Shown: positions 61,977 to 64,000 of the stretch, in pieces
Layout of the letters: the number at the start of each line of letters is the position of its first letter
Numbering within the stretch: the stretch's first letter is position 1
Notes under the pieces: model-generated
Told to the model about the DNA's origin: nothing
The model's database searches: none
The model's input: the letters and a program-made list of their open reading frames with translations, nothing else
From: Candidatus Bathyarchaeota archaeon
GTDB lineage: Archaea > Thermoproteota > Bathyarchaeia > Bathyarchaeales > Bathycorpusculaceae
NCBI GenBank assembly: GCA_963777155.1
Contig: CAVZPM010000039.1
Coordinates: 1 to 64,000 of the forward strand
DNA length: 64,000 bases
Direction: 5' to 3'
Program-made: the position numbers and the translations under genes

Positions 61977-62103
61977 TTTCCCTTATCCCCAATTTTACAT
62001 CTATTAGTTAATTATTATATGCTATCCACTATTGCATCTTGCTAATTTATAACTTTCCGTTAAAATTTGTGCGCGCTTATGAAAAGCTGATAAACAACTC
62101 GGG

Positions 62104-62475
62104 TTAAGATGAAAATTTTCCAAAGTAAACAATTTTGCCTTCTTTGAACGCTCGCAAAAGCTCACAATGACGCAAAATAGCAAATTCCCGTTCCATCTTC
62201 TCAGGAGTCAAATTCAAGCTGTTTATTAATTCTTCCCTGCTGATTTTTCCCCTTTTTACAACATTTTCATAAATCTTTTTTTGCAGCTCGGTCAAGCCTT
62301 CGGTTCCAGTTTGACCCAATTGCTTGCGAACCGATAAAGTAGATGATACTGCTAAAGGGTCACATACTTTTGGTGGATTCATAAGTTCAAAGCAACAATC
62401 TTCGCACAGAACTTTGCCTTGTAAATAATTAACCTCGTTTTCTTCAAGATTCAATCCACATTGGTCACATTTCAC
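62104..62475 (-). CDS. zinc-finger + winged-helix hypothetical protein
   Basis: CDQC, CEDC, CDP, FAILRHCEL; GTG start at 62475 assumed. Confidence 0.65.
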   Translation of the reverse strand: MKCDQCGLNLEENEVNYLQGKVLCEDCCFELMNPPKVCDPLAVSSTLSVRKQLGQTGTEGLTELQKKIYENVVKRGKISREELINSLNLTPEKMEREFAILRHCELLRAFKEGKIVYFGKFSS

Positions 62476-62610
62476 AAAAATTCCTACAATATCATTACCT
62501 ATACGAATGCTTATCTTTCTTTCGCAGTTCACGCAGCAAACGAAAATTTTTGTTAACATTAAGCTTTTTAGATGGAAAAGTAACCTCCTATACACCAGAG
62601 GGGTACATCG

Positions 62611-63159
62611 ATGCAGAGGCTCCAACGACTATTCATAATTGCGCTCTTCGGCGCCATAATCTTTGTCACCAACATGTTCCTGCCTCCTCCACTCAACTAC
62701 ATAATCATTGTCGTTCAAGCTATCCTGCTCGCATTAAGCGCACTGTTCATCCCAAAAGTAGGTGCCATGTACGTTGGTGCAGTCGGCGGGCTGTTAACAG
62801 CGTTAGTCAGTCCCGCTCTTGGTCCCTTCACATTCTTTTTTGCTTTTCTCTTCGGCGTTTTTGTTGATCTTTTCCTGTTCGCCTTCAAAATCAGAGGTAC
62901 TCCTCAGGGCGTTAACCAAAACAGGTTAATCGCCGCGATGGCTGTAAGCACCCTGTTGATTGCTGTTTCCAGCTATTCAGCATTCGCGATTTTTCCCCAA
63001 TACATCAAATCAGAAGGGTTTTCTATTGTCAGTTTATTTGTTCAAAGAAGTCAAATGCTCGATGCACTCGTGTTGTTTATGGGTCCGGTAACGGGTGCAG
63101 TAGCGGGCTATGCGGCTTCATATCTTTGGAATAAGTACCTGCGGCATATTAACGTCTAA
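62611..63159 (+). CDS. membrane protein, ECF S-component-like
   Basis: about six short Gly/Ala-rich TM segments. Confidence 0.55.
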   Translation: MQRLQRLFIIALFGAIIFVTNMFLPPPLNYIIIVVQAILLALSALFIPKVGAMYVGAVGGLLTALVSPALGPFTFFFAFLFGVFVDLFLFAFKIRGTPQGVNQNRLIAAMAVSTLLIAVSSYSAFAIFPQYIKSEGFSIVSLFVQRSQMLDALVLFMGPVTGAVAGYAASYLWNKYLRHINV

Positions 63160-63338
63160 AGGTGCAATTCTCTAATTTTTTTGGTCAACAATCTTAGCGA
63201 TCGTTAAGCTAGAAAAACATTTTACATCGTAATCTTTAACGCTCTTCAAACCCGCTTCCTGCACAGTTAAAACTTGATGTTCAAAGTCTCCAAGTATTCC
63301 TTCAAGCCAACGTAAATTTGGTCAAGCAGAATCTTCAT
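63156..63338 (-). pseudogene. DUF5615/PIN-like toxin remnant
   Basis: MKILLDQ.Y.GLKEYL, then in a shifted frame VLTVQEAGLKSVKD; much shorter than a PIN domain. Confidence 0.55.
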
Positions 63339-63389
63339 GGCTTTTCAGTTAACTCTTAGATTATTTGGCCTTTTCCAGTCTGCCAATGT

Positions 63390-64000
63390 CTAATCTATGA
63401 GTAATATTGCGAAGGATTCTGGATTCTTAGCGAATGGGAAAGTTACTACAATCCCGGCATTGGCTGCGGTTTTCTTTACGTTAACTCCAATTGCGTCTTC
63501 AGACCAACGAGCTAATTCAGGATGTCGACAAATCCTTGTTTCAGTGTTGCATTTCTCACAAAGTTGACAATGCCCAGAAACAAACGATAATGCTAAACTG
63601 TACCCTTTGTTCATCGCGGCTTTCTCCAAATCCACGACGCTTTGGAGCATTTTGCGTTTGTCGTCTTTCCAGTCCTGCCAAAACTTGGCCGCTTTCTCCC
63701 TAATTTCTTTAGAGACAGTTGGGTCCGATTCGGCAACCATTAGCTTTGCTAGCACTTCGGGTTCAGCTTGTGCGTTGGAAGTGAACTTCATGAACATGGC
63801 GTAGCTGTATTCTGAGACGATTTTGCGGAATTCCTCTGCTGTTGGCGTGTATGGTGGACAGGCGAGGGTTTTGCCGTAGTGGTTGCAGCCGACTTTGCAT
63901 TTGAGGACAACGCGGTCTTCTACGACGACTTTGTCGGTTGGGATGATTTTTGCGTCTGCGGCTCCTTTTTCGAGGGCTAATTTGACTAGGAACTGGAATT
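63390..64000 (-). CDS. DUF2284 family metal-binding protein (5' end outside window)
   Basis: VVLKC..GC..YG..L.CPP, GHCQLCEKC, CRHP; frame open to window edge. Confidence 0.85.
   Translation of the reverse strand, partial: FQFLVKLALEKGAADAKIIPTDKVVVEDRVVLKCKVGCNHYGKTLACPPYTPTAEEFRKIVSEYSYAMFMKFTSNAQAEPEVLAKLMVAESDPTVSKEIREKAAKFWQDWKDDKRKMLQSVVDLEKAAMNKGYSLALSFVSGHCQLCEKCNTETRICRHPELARWSEDAIGVNVKKTAANAGIVVTFPFAKNPESFAILLID

Overview
Archaeal chromosomal window, most likely Bathyarchaeia (TACK). Evidence: aEF-2 paralog, FtsZ, DUF1512, unlinked 5S rRNA, a two-intron tRNA-Trp with a non-catalytic splicing-endonuclease subunit, and lineage-type secreted proteins. Most genes are housekeeping (trpS, hisS, map, purA, glnA, nadA, mtnA, glgP, rpl12), interspersed with AT-rich accessory patches. 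At least six genes are broken by single-base insertions, which looks like long-read error rather than biology. Best candidates for something new: (1) a tightly coupled five-gene operon at 19331-25737 (pyruvyl-transferase-like, reductase/acyl-adenylation fusion without carrier domain, ATC-hydrolase-like, Fe-S GMC oxidoreductase, Cys-cluster membrane protein); (2) an unannotated ~140-nt rod-shaped RNA with its own TATA box between glgP and trpS; (3) a structured leader upstream of a Na/K-type P-ATPase; (4) a pre-tRNA-Trp whose intronic C/D guide competes with the splice helix of a second intron. All family calls come from motif recognition by eye; no searches were run.
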